DNA of 64,000 nucleotides from the human T2T-CHM13v2.0 reference genome, Homo sapiens, in assembly GCF_009914755.1 (NCBI RefSeq), contig NC_060926.1; one strand, written 5' to 3'. The stretch's first letter is position 1; every line of letters begins with the position of its first letter. The translations under genes and the position numbers were made by a program. Shown one piece after another: positions 1 through 12,303 of the stretch. Under the pieces are notes generated by a model that was given only the letters and a program-made list of their open reading frames with translations, had not been told where the DNA came from and ran no database searches.

Positions 1-650
1 ACATTCTGAAGAGGCAAAGCAATCACTGGAACCAAACTCAAATATCACACAAATGCTAGAATTATCCAACACGTAATTTAAAATAACTATGATTAGTGTG
101 TTTAAGGGTCTAATGGAAAAAGCAGACAACAAATAAGAACAGATGGGTAATGTAAACAGTGAGGTAAAAACTCTAAGAAAAAATCAAAGTGAAATGCTAG
201 AAATGAAAAAAAAAAACAGTAACAGAAAGGAAGAATGTCTTTGATCCCCTCATGAATGGATTCAACACAGCTGAGAAATGAATCAGCAAACTTGAAGATA
301 TATCAATAAAGCCTTCCCAAACTGAAACACAAAGACTAAAAAGAATGAAAAATAACAGAAGGCAATATTCAATAAACATGTGACAATATTCAAAGGGCTA
401 ACGTGCAATTGGAATACCAGCAGGAGAAGAAAGATTGAATGTGGCAGAATAAAAAATTGAAATAATAATGACTGGAGACTTTTCATAATTAATGACAGAT
501 TAGCAAATCATAGATTTAGGAAGCTCAGAGAACACCAACCAGGATAAATATTGAAACACACACACACACACACACACACGCACATATCCTAGGAATATAA
601 TACTTAAACTGCTGAAACCGAAGACAAAGAGAAAAATTATGAAAGTAAAA
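1..650 (+). mobile_element. Ancient L1 (L1M-type) ORF1-region fragment
   Basis: A-rich sequence with L1 ORF1 hallmarks such as aggaagctcagagaacaccaaccaggataaat and aaactgctgaaaccgaagacaaagagaaaa; no open frame. Confidence 0.8.
556..579. repeat. (AC)12 microsatellite
   Basis: Read directly from the sequence. Confidence 0.95.
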
Positions 651-1870
651 AGAGATCTACAGTCTTAAGTTTAAAATTGAGGAACATTTTTCACTTTATA
701 AAAAATCTGTTTTTATAATCTGTATGAAAACTTCATAGTTACAGATATAGGTACATTTCTTTATTTCTGTGAATGTAAGATGCAAAGTAATATAGTTGTC
801 CAAAAAAACCCATAAGGAGTCTTATGTAGAACAAGTAATTTTAAGATTATTGTTAATAGTTTATAGTGTCTGTATTTTTCTGAAGAAGAAACACATTCTG
901 GAAAATAAATGCTTATTAGATGAGTGGGAATACTAAATTACATGCTGCTCTTGTTAATCAAATAAAGTTATTTATAAACAATATATTTATTTTATATGTT
1001 TTGTACGTATACAATTAAAAATAATTACCATAACTATTTTACATATTTTTCTTAAATATGATATTACTTTTGTATATTTCAAGGCAATTAGAATGTGGAT
1101 GTGTATTTAGTTCTAAAACTTGAGAAAAAAATTTCATGCTATCAGCTGTTTACTATGTACCAATTTGACTGCTTAGAAATCTTAAAAGTAATTATAAACA
1201 TTATCCCATATAAATAGGGCATCTATTCTCACTAATTAAATCAGTGATGCTACACAATACATATATACAATTCCAAATCTAACAAATGCCTGATGACAGA
1301 GTACTAGGCATATCAAAATCTGAATTTATTGTTTTGCATCCATATCATCGCCATTTCCCACATTCTTCATTTGTGATAATTGAATTTCCATGCTTCTATC
1401 TTCCTCATTCATCAAGCTGTTCAATAATTGTATAAATCCTGAAACCCTGTCTACAAAATGGCATTTAAGCCAGGTTTCTTTTATTTTCTTCTTTTCTAGG
1501 CGATCCTGATCCTTTTCTCATTGTCTAGAAGATATTCTTGTTTCTGGTCTTTCACCAAGAACATAGTGCTTCCATCTAATCTCACTTCTTTGATAAATCG
1601 TATTGGTAAAATTACCTAGATATTTGCTGTTCCTTTATATATATCAGGATCCTTATCTTGTCCTTACAAAATAAATCTAAATGTGCCAATGTTAATTAAA
1701 CAAATAAAAATATTAAATATATGCTATATTTCATAATTTTGAACTAATTATATCTGTATTTATCATTATTACATTACATATATATGTCAGAAAAGAAACT
1801 GATAGAAAAAGTCTGATTAAAGTTACTACAGACCAGATTGAAATATTTGTTTATTTTTTATCAAAATTAC

Positions 1871-1924
1871 AACAAATAATTATCTGGCCCAAAATCTCAA
1901 TAGTGGCAAGATTGAGAAACTGAT
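1871..1924 (+). mobile_element. MER20 (hAT-Charlie) 3'-terminal fragment
   Basis: aattatctggcccaaaatctcaatagtggcaagattgagaaac matches the recalled MER20 end. Confidence 0.65.
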
Positions 1925-2069
1925 TTTAATAATTAACTATTAGGAATATAAATTAGGATGGAGTGAAATGGGCACTACAAGCATCCTTTCTGATTATTAA
2001 AATTGTAAATCTCTTCTGTAAAGAGAGTTTAGTGATAGAGTTTAATGATACACTATCAATATTTAAATA

Positions 2070-3257
2070 CAATCGTATGAGGCATAATAATGTTTCTGTC
2101 AACACAGACTTTGTATACAACAGTGATCCCATATTATTATAATGGATTTGAAAAATTCCTAGTGCCCAGTGACATCATAGGCATCCTTATAACACAGCAT
2201 AACACATTTCTCATGTGTTTGTTGTGATACTGGGTAAACACATTTACTGTGCAGCCACTTGTATAGAAGCATAGCACATTTAACTATGCACTGTACATAA
2301 TACTTGATAATAATAATAAATGACTATATTACTGGTTTATGTATTTACTGTACTTTTTATCTACATATGAAAACAAAAGTTAACTGTAAAATAGCCTCAG
2401 GCAAGTCGTTCATGAAGTATCCCAGAAGAAGACATTATTATCATCAGAAATGACAGTTATACAGTAATTGCCTCTGAAGACCTTCCAGTGGGACAAGATG
2501 TGAAGGTGGAAGACAGTGATATTGTTGATTCTGACCCTGTGTGGGCCCACACTAATATGCATGGTGTGTCTTAGTTCTCAACAAAAAAAAGTTTTAAAAG
2601 TTTTGAAAAATTTAAAATTTTAAAAGTAGAAAAGAACTCATAGAATAAGGATATAAAGAAAATATTTTAGTATGACTGCAAAAAGCGGTTATATTTTAAG
2701 TGAAGTGTTACTACAAAAAGTCAAAAGTTAAAAACAATTATAAGTTTATACAGTTAAAACGTTATAGTAAACTAAGATGAATTTGTTATTAAAGGAAATT
2801 TTTTTATAAACAGCGTAGTCTAAATGTATATAAAAATAGTGTGCAGGATTAAGAAAGTCCACAGAATGTACAGTAATGTCCTAGGCCTTCGCATTCACTC
2901 ACCACTCACTCTACTGACTCACGGAGAGCAATTTCCAGTCTGCAAGCTGCAGTCATAGTAAGTGCCCTATACAAGTGTACCATTTTTTATTTTTTGTGTT
3001 GTATTTTTATTGTCTCTTCTCTATGTTTAGATACAAAACTACTTATCATAGTGTTATAGTTGCCTACAGTATTCAGAACAGTAACATGCTGTGCAGATTT
3101 GTAGCCTAGGAGCAATAGGCTATATCGCATAGCCTATGTGTGTAGTAGGCTATACCATCTAGGTTCGTGTAAGTACACTCTGTGATGTTCACACAAGGAA
3201 ATGGCCCAAAGACACCTTTCTCAGAACTTGTCTCTGTTGTTACGCATCACATGGCTG
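2070..3257 (+). mobile_element. Tigger3b (Golem-type TcMar) non-autonomous DNA transposon, near full length
   Basis: Termini caatcgtatgaggcataataatgtttctg and ttacgcatcacatggctg; TA on both sides (2068-2069, 3258-3259); diagnostic gaagaccttccagtgggacaagatgtg. Confidence 0.9.
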
Positions 3258-3261
3258 TATA

Positions 3262-3593
3262 GAGTAGATCCCCTTTTCCCTTTTCCACAGTTGCAGTTAA
3301 CAGCAGTCAACAGCAGTCAGAAAATAGGTATACAGCAGAATGAAATATTTTCAGAGAGAGAAAGAGGAAGGCCACATTTGCATAACATTTATTAAAGTAT
3401 ATTTTTATAATTGTTTTATGAAATTATTAACTATTGCTAATCTCTTACTGTGCCTAATTTATATATTATAATTTATCATAGGTACATCTGTACAGGGAAA
3501 AACATAGCATATATAGGCTTTAGTACTGTTCATGGTTTCAGACACCCACTGGGGTATTGGAATGTATTCCCCACCAATAAAGGGGGACTACTG
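3262..3593 (-). mobile_element. MER44A (Tigger-family MITE)
   Basis: Ends in aataaagggggactactg followed by TA; internal aatctcttactgtgcctaattta and ggtttcagacacccactgggg match the reverse complement of MER44A. Confidence 0.85.
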
Positions 3594-4144
3594 TACATGA
3601 TTTGATTTACTAATTCTACTTCTAGAAATTATTATAAGAATATAATTGAACAAGAGCTGAAAAAATGCATGTGTGGCTTTGTTCATCCCAACATTGAATG
3701 TTAAACTGCTAAAAACTGAAAACTATCTGATATGGGAATCTGTATTTAAATGATGATAAGTACATAAAACAGAGTACTACGTAAACATTAGAAAATAACA
3801 TATAACCCCTATCAGGTATGGAAATTAAGTCATGACAATTTACAGAAATTGAAAAAGCTTTAAAATAACAGGTACATCATGAGTTAACTTATTATAAATA
3901 GACATATAGTATAAATATATGCATTTTCCATACTATTTTTGCATATAGATATGTATATGCATGCTTGCCAAATTGAGAGCAATATTTAACACACGGTCAT
4001 GAAGTAGAGCATTTTTTAAACCTTTATGTTGGTGTACTATAATTATTAATTTTATGTGAAAATAGGTGTTATCTTTATGTTCACAAAATAGAAACTACCA
4101 ATGAATATATATTATTTGCATAATATAAATGATTAATGTAGTTC

Positions 4145-4430
4145 TTTTTTTTTTTTTTTTTGAGACGGAGTCTCGCTCTGTTACCCAGGCTGGAGTGCGG
4201 TGGCGTGATCTCGGCTCACTGCAAGCTCCGCCTCCCGGGTTCACGCCATTCTCCTGCGAGTAGCCAGGACTACAGGCGCCCGCCACCGCGCCCGGCTAAT
4301 TTTTTGTATTTTTAGTAGAGACGGAGTTTCACTGTGTTAGCCAGGATGGTCTTGATCTCCTGACCTCGTGATCTGCCCGCCTCGGCTTCCCAAGTGCTAG
4401 GATTGCAGGCGTGAGCCGCCGCGCCCGGCC
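4145..4430 (-). mobile_element. AluY, CpG-rich, with an 11-bp internal deletion
   Basis: Diagnostic gcaagctccgcctcccgggttcacgccattc and ttagccaggatggtc; TSD aatgtagt(t/c)c at 4135-4144 and 4431-4440. Confidence 0.95.
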
Positions 4431-5599
4431 AATGTAGTCCTTTTTCATCAACAGTTTCTGTTCAAGGTTAGACTAATATTTCAAGCAAAATTATTCTAAA
4501 GTCAGTTTTAAAAGATGTCAAATTAAAGTATGTAGAAACTCTTTTTAGGTTGTAATGCCCCTTTACTCTTTAAATTTCCCAAGAATGGAATTTTAGCTAC
4601 CTGCAAAATGCACTTATTTTATATGTTTTTTATAATGTCATATTTATTTATTCACCCCGAGGAGCACTTGATATTGGTTTTCACTGACAATTCATGTATA
4701 AAACAATGAAAAAATACATTATTGGAACTATTGCTGAACTATACAAACAATAAAATGAAATGTGAGTGATCAGCAAACTAGCAAATGCAAAGAGTAGTGA
4801 CTGTTTATTTTTAAATTTTTCATAAACTCTAATAGGGCCATTCTTTACAAATTAAAAGAGGTTCCAGATAGGCATATTACAAAACGACTTATCACCTTTC
4901 TTTATCTTTTCCTAAGAAAAAAATCACAAAGAACCTATTTATTTTCTTGGTTATCTGAAAGGAAGAATGAAAAATATGAAAAGCACAGGAGGATAATTTA
5001 ACTGAGTACAACAAGTAATCAAACACCTTAATAAGCCATTGTGATTAAGAATCAAAAATGATTTCAAAACTATTTCTCTGAATATTTAGTTCAAAAATTA
5101 TAAAAAAACATTTTCATTTTAGTGTTTAGGATATACTTTAAAGCATTTTCTGTTCTGTTAAGAAATTAGCAGATTACCAATGTAGAAAAGATCACACAAG
5201 ATAATTGTATTTGGCAAATTACATTTCAAATGAAGATGATTAATAAGACATTTTCCATCACAAGGACACAAAAATAGAAACAGAATTATTATGAATTTAT
5301 TTCAGGACATTAATGTATTTCCATCTTTCTTTGCATTTATAAAATGTCAAGTATTTTCAAATAGTTTGCCTACTATTAGGGATCTAATACGTATTTGTCT
5401 TGATATAGTGGATGAACGTCTATATTCTCTGTCTCTTCAACAGCCTAAAATTAGTGTGCATAGCTGGCAAGGCTTTCTGAACTCTAGGAAGTTACAAGAG
5501 GCAAATATCTTTGTGATATCCACTTTGCCCCTGACAGTAGAAGTATGCTTACTTTTCAACTTTTATAACCTTTGCAGTCTTTGTAGCTTTTTCTTATTA

Positions 5600-6018
5600 T
5601 TTTATTTCAATTTCTCAGCTCTTGGTCCCAGACCTACTCTTGTATTCCTATTTCAAATATTGAAGCTGAGAATATTTAAACTATAGACTTCCTTACAAGC
5701 TTGCTTTCAGTTGTGTTCAGCCAATATCAGGCACTGATCAGAACTGAGAAGTTTGAAGAAGAGAGCAACACTGATCCTATTTCAGATTCTTTTCCATGTT
5801 AGCAGCAAACACCAAAGGATTCAGTACTAGCTAAAGTCTCCCTGTCCCCCATCCCAGCTGTGGCAACTCCATACATTTCCAAAGTTCCGACTCTGAACTA
5901 TATCACTCTCTCTCAGGTCTTTCAGCCTTCTAAGAGCAGTGAATACGTTCTGTGTTTTGCATCTCTTATTTTGAAATAGCTAGTATGATTTCTGTTTCTC
6001 TAGGTGGACTTTGATACA
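5600..6018 (+). mobile_element. LTR33-like ERVL solo LTR
   Basis: ttcagccaatatcaggcactg and the terminus gaaatagctagtatgatttctgtttc...tgataca. Confidence 0.6.
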
Positions 6019-6199
6019 TAGCCTGTGAAGCACTTGCAGAGGAGAAGTTGGGGAAAGAGAGAGAGCCTTCCTCCAGGTGCATAAATGAAAGAGACAACTC
6101 ACCACCTGGAGCACTGTTAACATACATGGGCAGAGACACTGTTTGCCAAACGGCCCAGAAGTAAGGTACAATAACAGTGAAATCTGATTTCCAGTGAGC

Positions 6200-7600
6200 A
6201 AACATTTAGGAAAATAAAACTTATCTATGAGATTTCGCAACCACTGAGAGAAGGATCAAGTGGACCACATAGGAGAGGTGGTTAATAAGAAATACACTAC
6301 TAGAAAAGACAATAATACCTTTATCAGATATAACATGGGAATTTAGGAGACTAAAGTAAAGCAATCACAGACACAAAAGACTTCCTGGACCTTAAATTTA
6401 TAATCTATAAAAATTTAGTACTTAGCATTTTATATTACTTAGCATTTAGTATTTAGCATTTCTTGTATGAAAGAAGGTAATAATTAACTCAAATTAGCAA
6501 ACTAGCAGACGAAGTGAACTTTTACCCAAAATACAGTGTAAGGGAAAATATTCTTGTCTTTAAAACAGATCTAGAACAACTAATATTGAGATAATAGTTT
6601 CAAAAAGAGGAAAGAAATTGAAGTATGTAATACTAATTAAGTTTTCAATTAGAGAATAAAATATATTCCTAAGACATATTAGAAAAATTTTTCCTGTACT
6701 CAAAAAAAAAAAAAAAGATCTGAATTTGTAGAGAGCACATTTTTACCAAATTAAAGGGAAAATATATGCTTATACCTGAACTTGAGCTATGCATATGGTG
6801 GTATAATTCATAAATTCTAAGAACAAAAAGAATGTTTTTTAAACAATCATTTAAGACGTCATACCAAGTTACTTAAAAATAATGAGACTGAGCCAGGTGC
6901 AGTGGCTCAGCCTGTAATCCCGACGTTTTGGGAGGCTAAGGCAGATGGATCACTTGAGGTCTGGAGTTTGAGGCTAGTTTGGCCAACATGGTGAAAGCTG
7001 TCTCTATCAAAAAATATAAAATTTAGGTGGGCATAGTGGCACGTGCCTGTAGTCCCAGCTACTAGGGAGGCTGAGATGGGACAATTACTTGAACCCAGGA
7101 GGCGGAGGTTGAAGTCAGCAGAGATTGCACCACTGCACACTACACTCCAGCCTGGGTAACAGAGTGAGACTATATGTCTCAAAAAAAAAAAAAAAAAAAA
7201 AAAAAGAATCAGAAAGAATTTCACACCCAGCTAAGTCATTATTCATCCATCTAGACAAAAGAAAGTTATTTATTTAGGTAAATATGAGGATTCTAAGAAT
7301 ATATTTCTCTTGTATTCTGAGAAAGGGTCATAAGAAAGAAATCTGTCTAAACTGACAAAAACAAAAGGATGCAAAGTTTATAGCTAGTTTTAGTTAACTT
7401 TAAATAGATTACAATAGTATGAATTAGAAAGTATAAGTGAAGAGATAAAAATGACACTTGAAAGGAAATGAAAATAAGTTTCCTTTGCTATTGTAAATGT
7501 GGCTTAAGAATGATGCAGTAAAAGTACTTAAAAGCTTTCATTATTTAAGATGTTAGCAGGATAGAAATGAAAAGGTAAAGTAGAACACTCACCTTGAAAA
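6200..7600 (+). mobile_element. Highly degraded L1M/HAL1 ORF1-like sequence interrupted by an Alu
   Basis: A-rich composition; acacccagctaagtcattattca resembles the L1 ORF1 3' motif. Confidence 0.35.
6891..7205 (+). mobile_element. AluS (Sx/Sz-like)
   Basis: Full dimer with gatcacttgaggtc and an A25 tail. Confidence 0.9.
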
Positions 7601-7819
7601 AATTTTTGAAAAGAAGGTGGAAGGTGATAAATACAACATAGACCAAACAAGCTAGTAGGAGGAAAAGAAAAAAAAAAGTACAAAAAGTAAGCCATAAAAG
7701 AGAAAAATAAAAATAAAATAAGTTTATTAGTTGTTGCATCAAATGTGAATTCAGCTCTTTAAAAAATTAAATAGAGATTATTGGAGAAGATGAACAAAAA
7801 TAGCACCCAACACTAAGGT

Positions 7820-8500
7820 TTAATTTCAGAAGTTGCTGCTGCTTTTGGTGACTCTAGAGGATTGTTAAGAGAATGACTGTGGCTGAGTATTGGTAAGTAT
7901 TTTAAAACTACCTAGTAGAGGAAGCAGGATTTTGCAGAATAAAAAGAAGAGGAAAACCAGACTTGTTAGAGTATGCTGATATTTTGTTTTTCTTATTCCT
8001 GGCAAAATATCTGGAAAGACATTGATGTAGAAGGTGGATTTAAAAGTCTCTACCTCTGACTATGATTTTCAAAAGAACTGAATTATTGTATGGAGTAGGA
8101 AGGATACTGGTCTGAGGAACTTCAGACTCATGATGGGTGGATCTGACCTATTTGGAGCTGACTTGGGCGAGTTCTGCTTCAAGCTTAACTTAAATAAGCA
8201 CAACATACACAGAACGTCCTAGTGACTAAATAAAGAAACATAAGGTTTAACAAGAGAAGCCAGGCATTCTAGATAGAGGTATTTAGCAGCACTGGCGAGG
8301 CAGACAGAGCTTTGTTTCAAGAATTAAAAACCCTGATCAACGCTTTATAGACATTGGGGAAGCTAATGGCAACCCTTCGTTTGAGTATTTCAAGAAACAG
8401 CTGTTAAAATGAAGTAACCCTTAAAAAAAGATGAAGAAACTCCGCCAATGTGCCAAACATGAGAACTTCTCCCAATTTGTCTCTAATATGCCCTCCTTGG
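7820..8500 (+). mobile_element. Candidate ancient non-LTR (RTE/L4-like) reverse-transcriptase fossil
   Basis: Collinear decayed RT motifs, mostly in one frame: NYLV (7906), LEYADILFFL (YAD at 7972), LTMIFKRTE, LTYLE (YL at 8149), FEYFKKQLLK. Confidence 0.5.
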
Positions 8501-9981
8501 GCCATATATAGAAATTGCGTCTTGGAAAACAAACAGACTTTATAAACAACGCTGGAAAGTAAATTGCCCAGCATCAGAGTGAAATATTTCTTCCCCGGTA
8601 GAAATTTTGAAAATCACATGTTATTATGAAAAATGTACATGTCATAATGAACTGCCTCCACTGGGAAATAATCTATGGTTTGTATTGCACAGGTTAGAGC
8701 AAGTTTGAAGAGTCTTGTAGAATTGGAGAGCAATGAGGAATGAAATTCTTCCAGATCCACAAAGCTCCATAGGTATCCATTTCTTCTGACATGTCTGCTC
8801 CAATCACAGGGTTGAATGTGAGGGCTGTCACCTATGCAGTCTAGTAACCACACTATCCATCAATCATCTAAACCGGGCACATCACCTGAACTGTGAAGTC
8901 CAAAGTCTGGGCATATAGAGTCAGGGACAATGAGAAGATAATCAGACCATGTTTCCTACAAAATTGACTACATCTAGCTGTTTTGAAATCAGGCATCAGT
9001 TCTTTCCCAGTTTAGGAACTAGTTATTTTCGGTTCAATCTGCCTCAGTGAAATTTTTAGCACTCTATCATGGATAAAGTTCTATTAGAGGGTCAGTGCTA
9101 CAAAAGAGAGTCTTGAGGGGGTAGAAATTAATCACCATCAAAGGCTAAGACACAAGGGTCACATAATGATTGTAAATACCAGGTCAATTTTATTTCTTAC
9201 TCCTTGAGGGAAAGTACAAGAAAGCTGATAATATGAGTAAGATAATTTGAAGGTTAACAGCATCTGGAAAACATGTCAATATTATTTGCAGGAATGCAAA
9301 GACTTAGTAAGGGTAATGTGGTATAATATTCTGAGATGTTACTCTACATATTTTCTTTTTTATCTGTACCTACTTCCCTGCATCCCTTGCTCAGGCAGAT
9401 ACTCAACTTCTTCAAGCAAACAATCCAGAAAGTTACCCAGAAAAAGAAGGGAAGAGGGAAGGAGAAATGAGACACATCTCTAGGTTCTGAAGCAGAGGAC
9501 ACCGAGCCAACAAATTTCCAGAGAAATGGCTACACTGGAGCATAGTCACCCTCACAATATTCTCCTTTCCTGTGAGTGACATGGAACAGGTAGGGAGCTC
9601 AGTCCTAAAATGCAATGATAGGTGTCTCCAGTATTTATGTGAACCGCTGATGAACAGAGGACCCCTTGTTACCACTATAAATCACCAATATCTCGGCACT
9701 GGCTAAGGTCCCTAAGAACTAAAGGAGGGAAAATGAAAAAGGAGTTCGTTGTTTCCTCTAGCTTAGCAGAACAGGGGTTTAAATTCACAGCCCAATTGGC
9801 ACTGTTAACAAATAACGTGCCATTTCTTGCACACTTCACTTTTGTAGCCTTGAGATTCATATCCACTACATACATGTATTTTGAATTGTGTGCCCAGTGG
9901 GCAACACATGAGACCATATTGTCTCTAAAAATGTATGGGATACATACATAAATTGCCTGTATAATATGCCATAACCAAGTG

Positions 9982-10290
9982 TTATTTATTTATTTATTTA
10001 TTTATTCTGGAGACGGTGTTTTGCTCCTGTCTCCCAGGCTGGAGTGCAGTGGTGCAATCTCGGCTCATGCAACCTCCACCTCCCAGGTTCAAGTGATTCT
10101 CCTGCCTCAGCCTTCCGAGTACCAGGGATTACAGGCATGCACCACCATGCCCAGCTAATTTTGTATTTTTAGTAGAGACAGGGTTTCTCCATGATGGTCA
10201 GGCTGGTCTGAAGCTCCCGACCTCAGGTGATCCGCCCACCTCAGCCTCTCAAAGTGCTGGGATTACAGGGGTGAGCCACCGCGCCTGGCG
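9982..10290 (-). mobile_element. AluSp-like with a (TTTA)n tail
   Basis: Diagnostic tttctccatg..ggtcaggctgg and ctcccgacctcagg. Confidence 0.9.
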
Positions 10291-10321
10291 GTATTACTTT
10301 TTAAAAAGCAGAAATTACTGG

Positions 10322-10597
10322 AACTAGAGGGAGGACTCCAGTAGACAGCCTACATAAAGACAGAGCCCTCAGTCATTGAGCTGCAAGGAAATGAATTCAG
10401 CCAACAGCCTGAATGAGCTTGGAAGCAATTTTTCCCCAATGAAGGCTTCAGATGAGAATGCAGCCTGGTTGACATCTGCATTCTAGCCTTGTGAGACTCT
10501 GGAAACTCTGACCCATGGAAACTATGAAAATAGTATGTGTTGCTTTAAGATGCTAGATTTATTGTAAGTCACTATACAACAATAGAAAACTAATGCA
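10322..10597 (+). mobile_element. MLT1E/F-type MaLR LTR, 3' half
   Basis: gcaaggaaatgaattcagccaacagcctgaatgagcttggaag ... caatagaaaactaatgca. Confidence 0.8.
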
Positions 10598-10609
10598 GTA
10601 TTAATTGCC

Positions 10610-10895
10610 AGATAAAATGTGAACTTTTAAGCAAAACTTATAATTTTGAAAGACTTACGCTGTTTCTATTGTTGATTATACTATAAGCTTCACAGCTTCC
10701 CAATACTGAATTGATTTCCTCATGAGATTTGTGGTGGTGTTAATGAATGTGATATTTTTCTATTGCGTAAGGAAATGTGTCAACGTTTGTAAGATCCATG
10801 TAACTCTATGAACCAATATTTTCAAAATGACCAATTTGTGATGCCACAAAATCATGGATAAATAAAAGTGCAAGATAGAGCACTGAATTTAAAAA
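10610..10895 (+). mobile_element. Charlie1-type hAT fragment
   Basis: gaaatgtgtcaacgtttgtaagatccatgtaactctatgaaccaatattttcaaaatgacc. Confidence 0.75.
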
Positions 10896-11064
10896 AGTAA
10901 GGGTTTTATTTTGAAGTCTTGAATTATTTCCACATGTAATACCGCCTCTAATACTTTGTAATTAATTTATTTTTTCAAGTTTCACAGATCACGTTAATTT
11001 TTTGCTAGATTCTCACATCAGTTTCTGCATTCTATTTCAGTCTGTTGCTGCATGTATTTTCTCT

Positions 11065-11685
11065 ACTTCCAATTTCCAAGCAAATGTAGATTCACGATAT
11101 ACAAAGAAATGTACACTTTCACCCAGCCTACTCCAATGTTAACATCTTGCGTAACTGTAGAAGGATATTAAAATCAGTAATTCGAAATTGGTACAATCCA
11201 TTGAGTTTATTCAGATTTCTCCAGTTATTTATTGTACTCATTTGTGTGTGTGTATAGATCTGTGAAATTTTATTACACATGTAGCTTTGTGTAATTACCA
11301 CCACCATTAAGAGACTGGCTTTATCATCACCTTGAACTCCCTCATTTGCCCTTTCATATACACACTCTCTCCTCTACATCTTTAACTACTGGCAACTACT
11401 AACCTTTCTTCCATCTCTATAATTATGTCATTTCATGAATCTAATGTAAATGGAAGGTCGCAGGTTGTATCTTTTTGAAATTGGCTTTTTTTCTCCACTC
11501 AGCATAATTGCCTTAAAGTTTATTCAAGCTATCCTTTGCATGAACATCCTTTGTACTATAGTTCAAACTACAGTATTACATGGTACGGATGTACCACAGT
11601 TATTTAACCATTTAGCCTTTGAAGACCGTTTGGCTTGGTTACAGTTTAGGCTATTTTTAATAAGGCTGATATGAACATTCATGGA
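11065..11685 (-). mobile_element. L1MC-type 3' end
   Basis: ttcacccagcctactccaatgttaacatcttgcgtaac and ccactcagcataattgcc. Confidence 0.75.
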
Positions 11686-12303
11686 AAAAAAGTATTTAAA
11701 AAATAAAAAGCAGGAATAATAATATCCATACTATCTGGCAATAGTATTATGTAATAACCAAAATTGCAAGTAAAAGCTTTTAAGCATTATTCCTCCACTA
11801 AAAGTTGTTAAAGTGTGTGGAAAAGGCAAAACTGAGAGTTGCAAATATTTAAATATTTGGGAGACAGCCCAAAATAGTAAACAGAAGAAAAATGCAGCCT
11901 TCAATGCCGCATTTATTAGAAGATAGACATATAACAACATGGGAACTTGAAATCCTAGCATCTTTGGATGGATATGATCACATCTCAGAAAAAGGAGTGA
12001 ATCATCAGTTTTTGTGTACATGAAGTCTGATGTACTTTTCATACAAGGTTAGTTAATATTGTATTGCTAATGAATCTAGACAAATACTTTCAACAAAGTG
12101 GAGTTATCAATTCATCTGCAATATCATAAATTTTCTTTAACAGCTTTTTTCATTTCTGAACCTTCAAAAGACCTTGGCATATTATACAGTTAGAAACACA
12201 GCAATTGAAACTGGAGCCAGATTTGATTATTTTTAAAAAGTACAAAACTCAAACACATCCTCCTGTGTTAGCACTCTTTTCTGTTTGCAACACTTTAAAG
12301 AAA

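Larger units (their letters stand above)
1955..3900 (+). mobile_element. Degraded L1ME-type 3' fragment, split by the Tigger insertions at 2070-3593
   Basis: ...atttaaata|catgatttgatttactaattctacttctagaaatt resembles L1 aaatacatgccctttgacccagcaattccacttctaggaatt once the inserts are removed. Confidence 0.5.

Noticed and set aside
5291-5686. 131-aa ORF
   Set aside because: F/L/I-rich composition typical of T-rich DNA; it runs into LTR33 and has no recognisable domain
6413-6461. Degenerate 7-bp repeat (atttagc/atttagt)
   Set aside because: A short slippage product; it is neither telomeric nor a repeat-spacer array
8455-8945. Endogenous bornavirus-like motifs: N-like RTSPNLSLICPPWAIYRN (~8462) and L-like I*SQG[D]NEKII (~8915)
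   Set aside because: The two motifs come from different viral genes yet lie only ~450 bp apart. The GDN match needs a frameshift, motif B (QKLW) is absent, and the LINE RT reading has more collinear motifs. A tBLASTn with bornaviral N and L would settle it.
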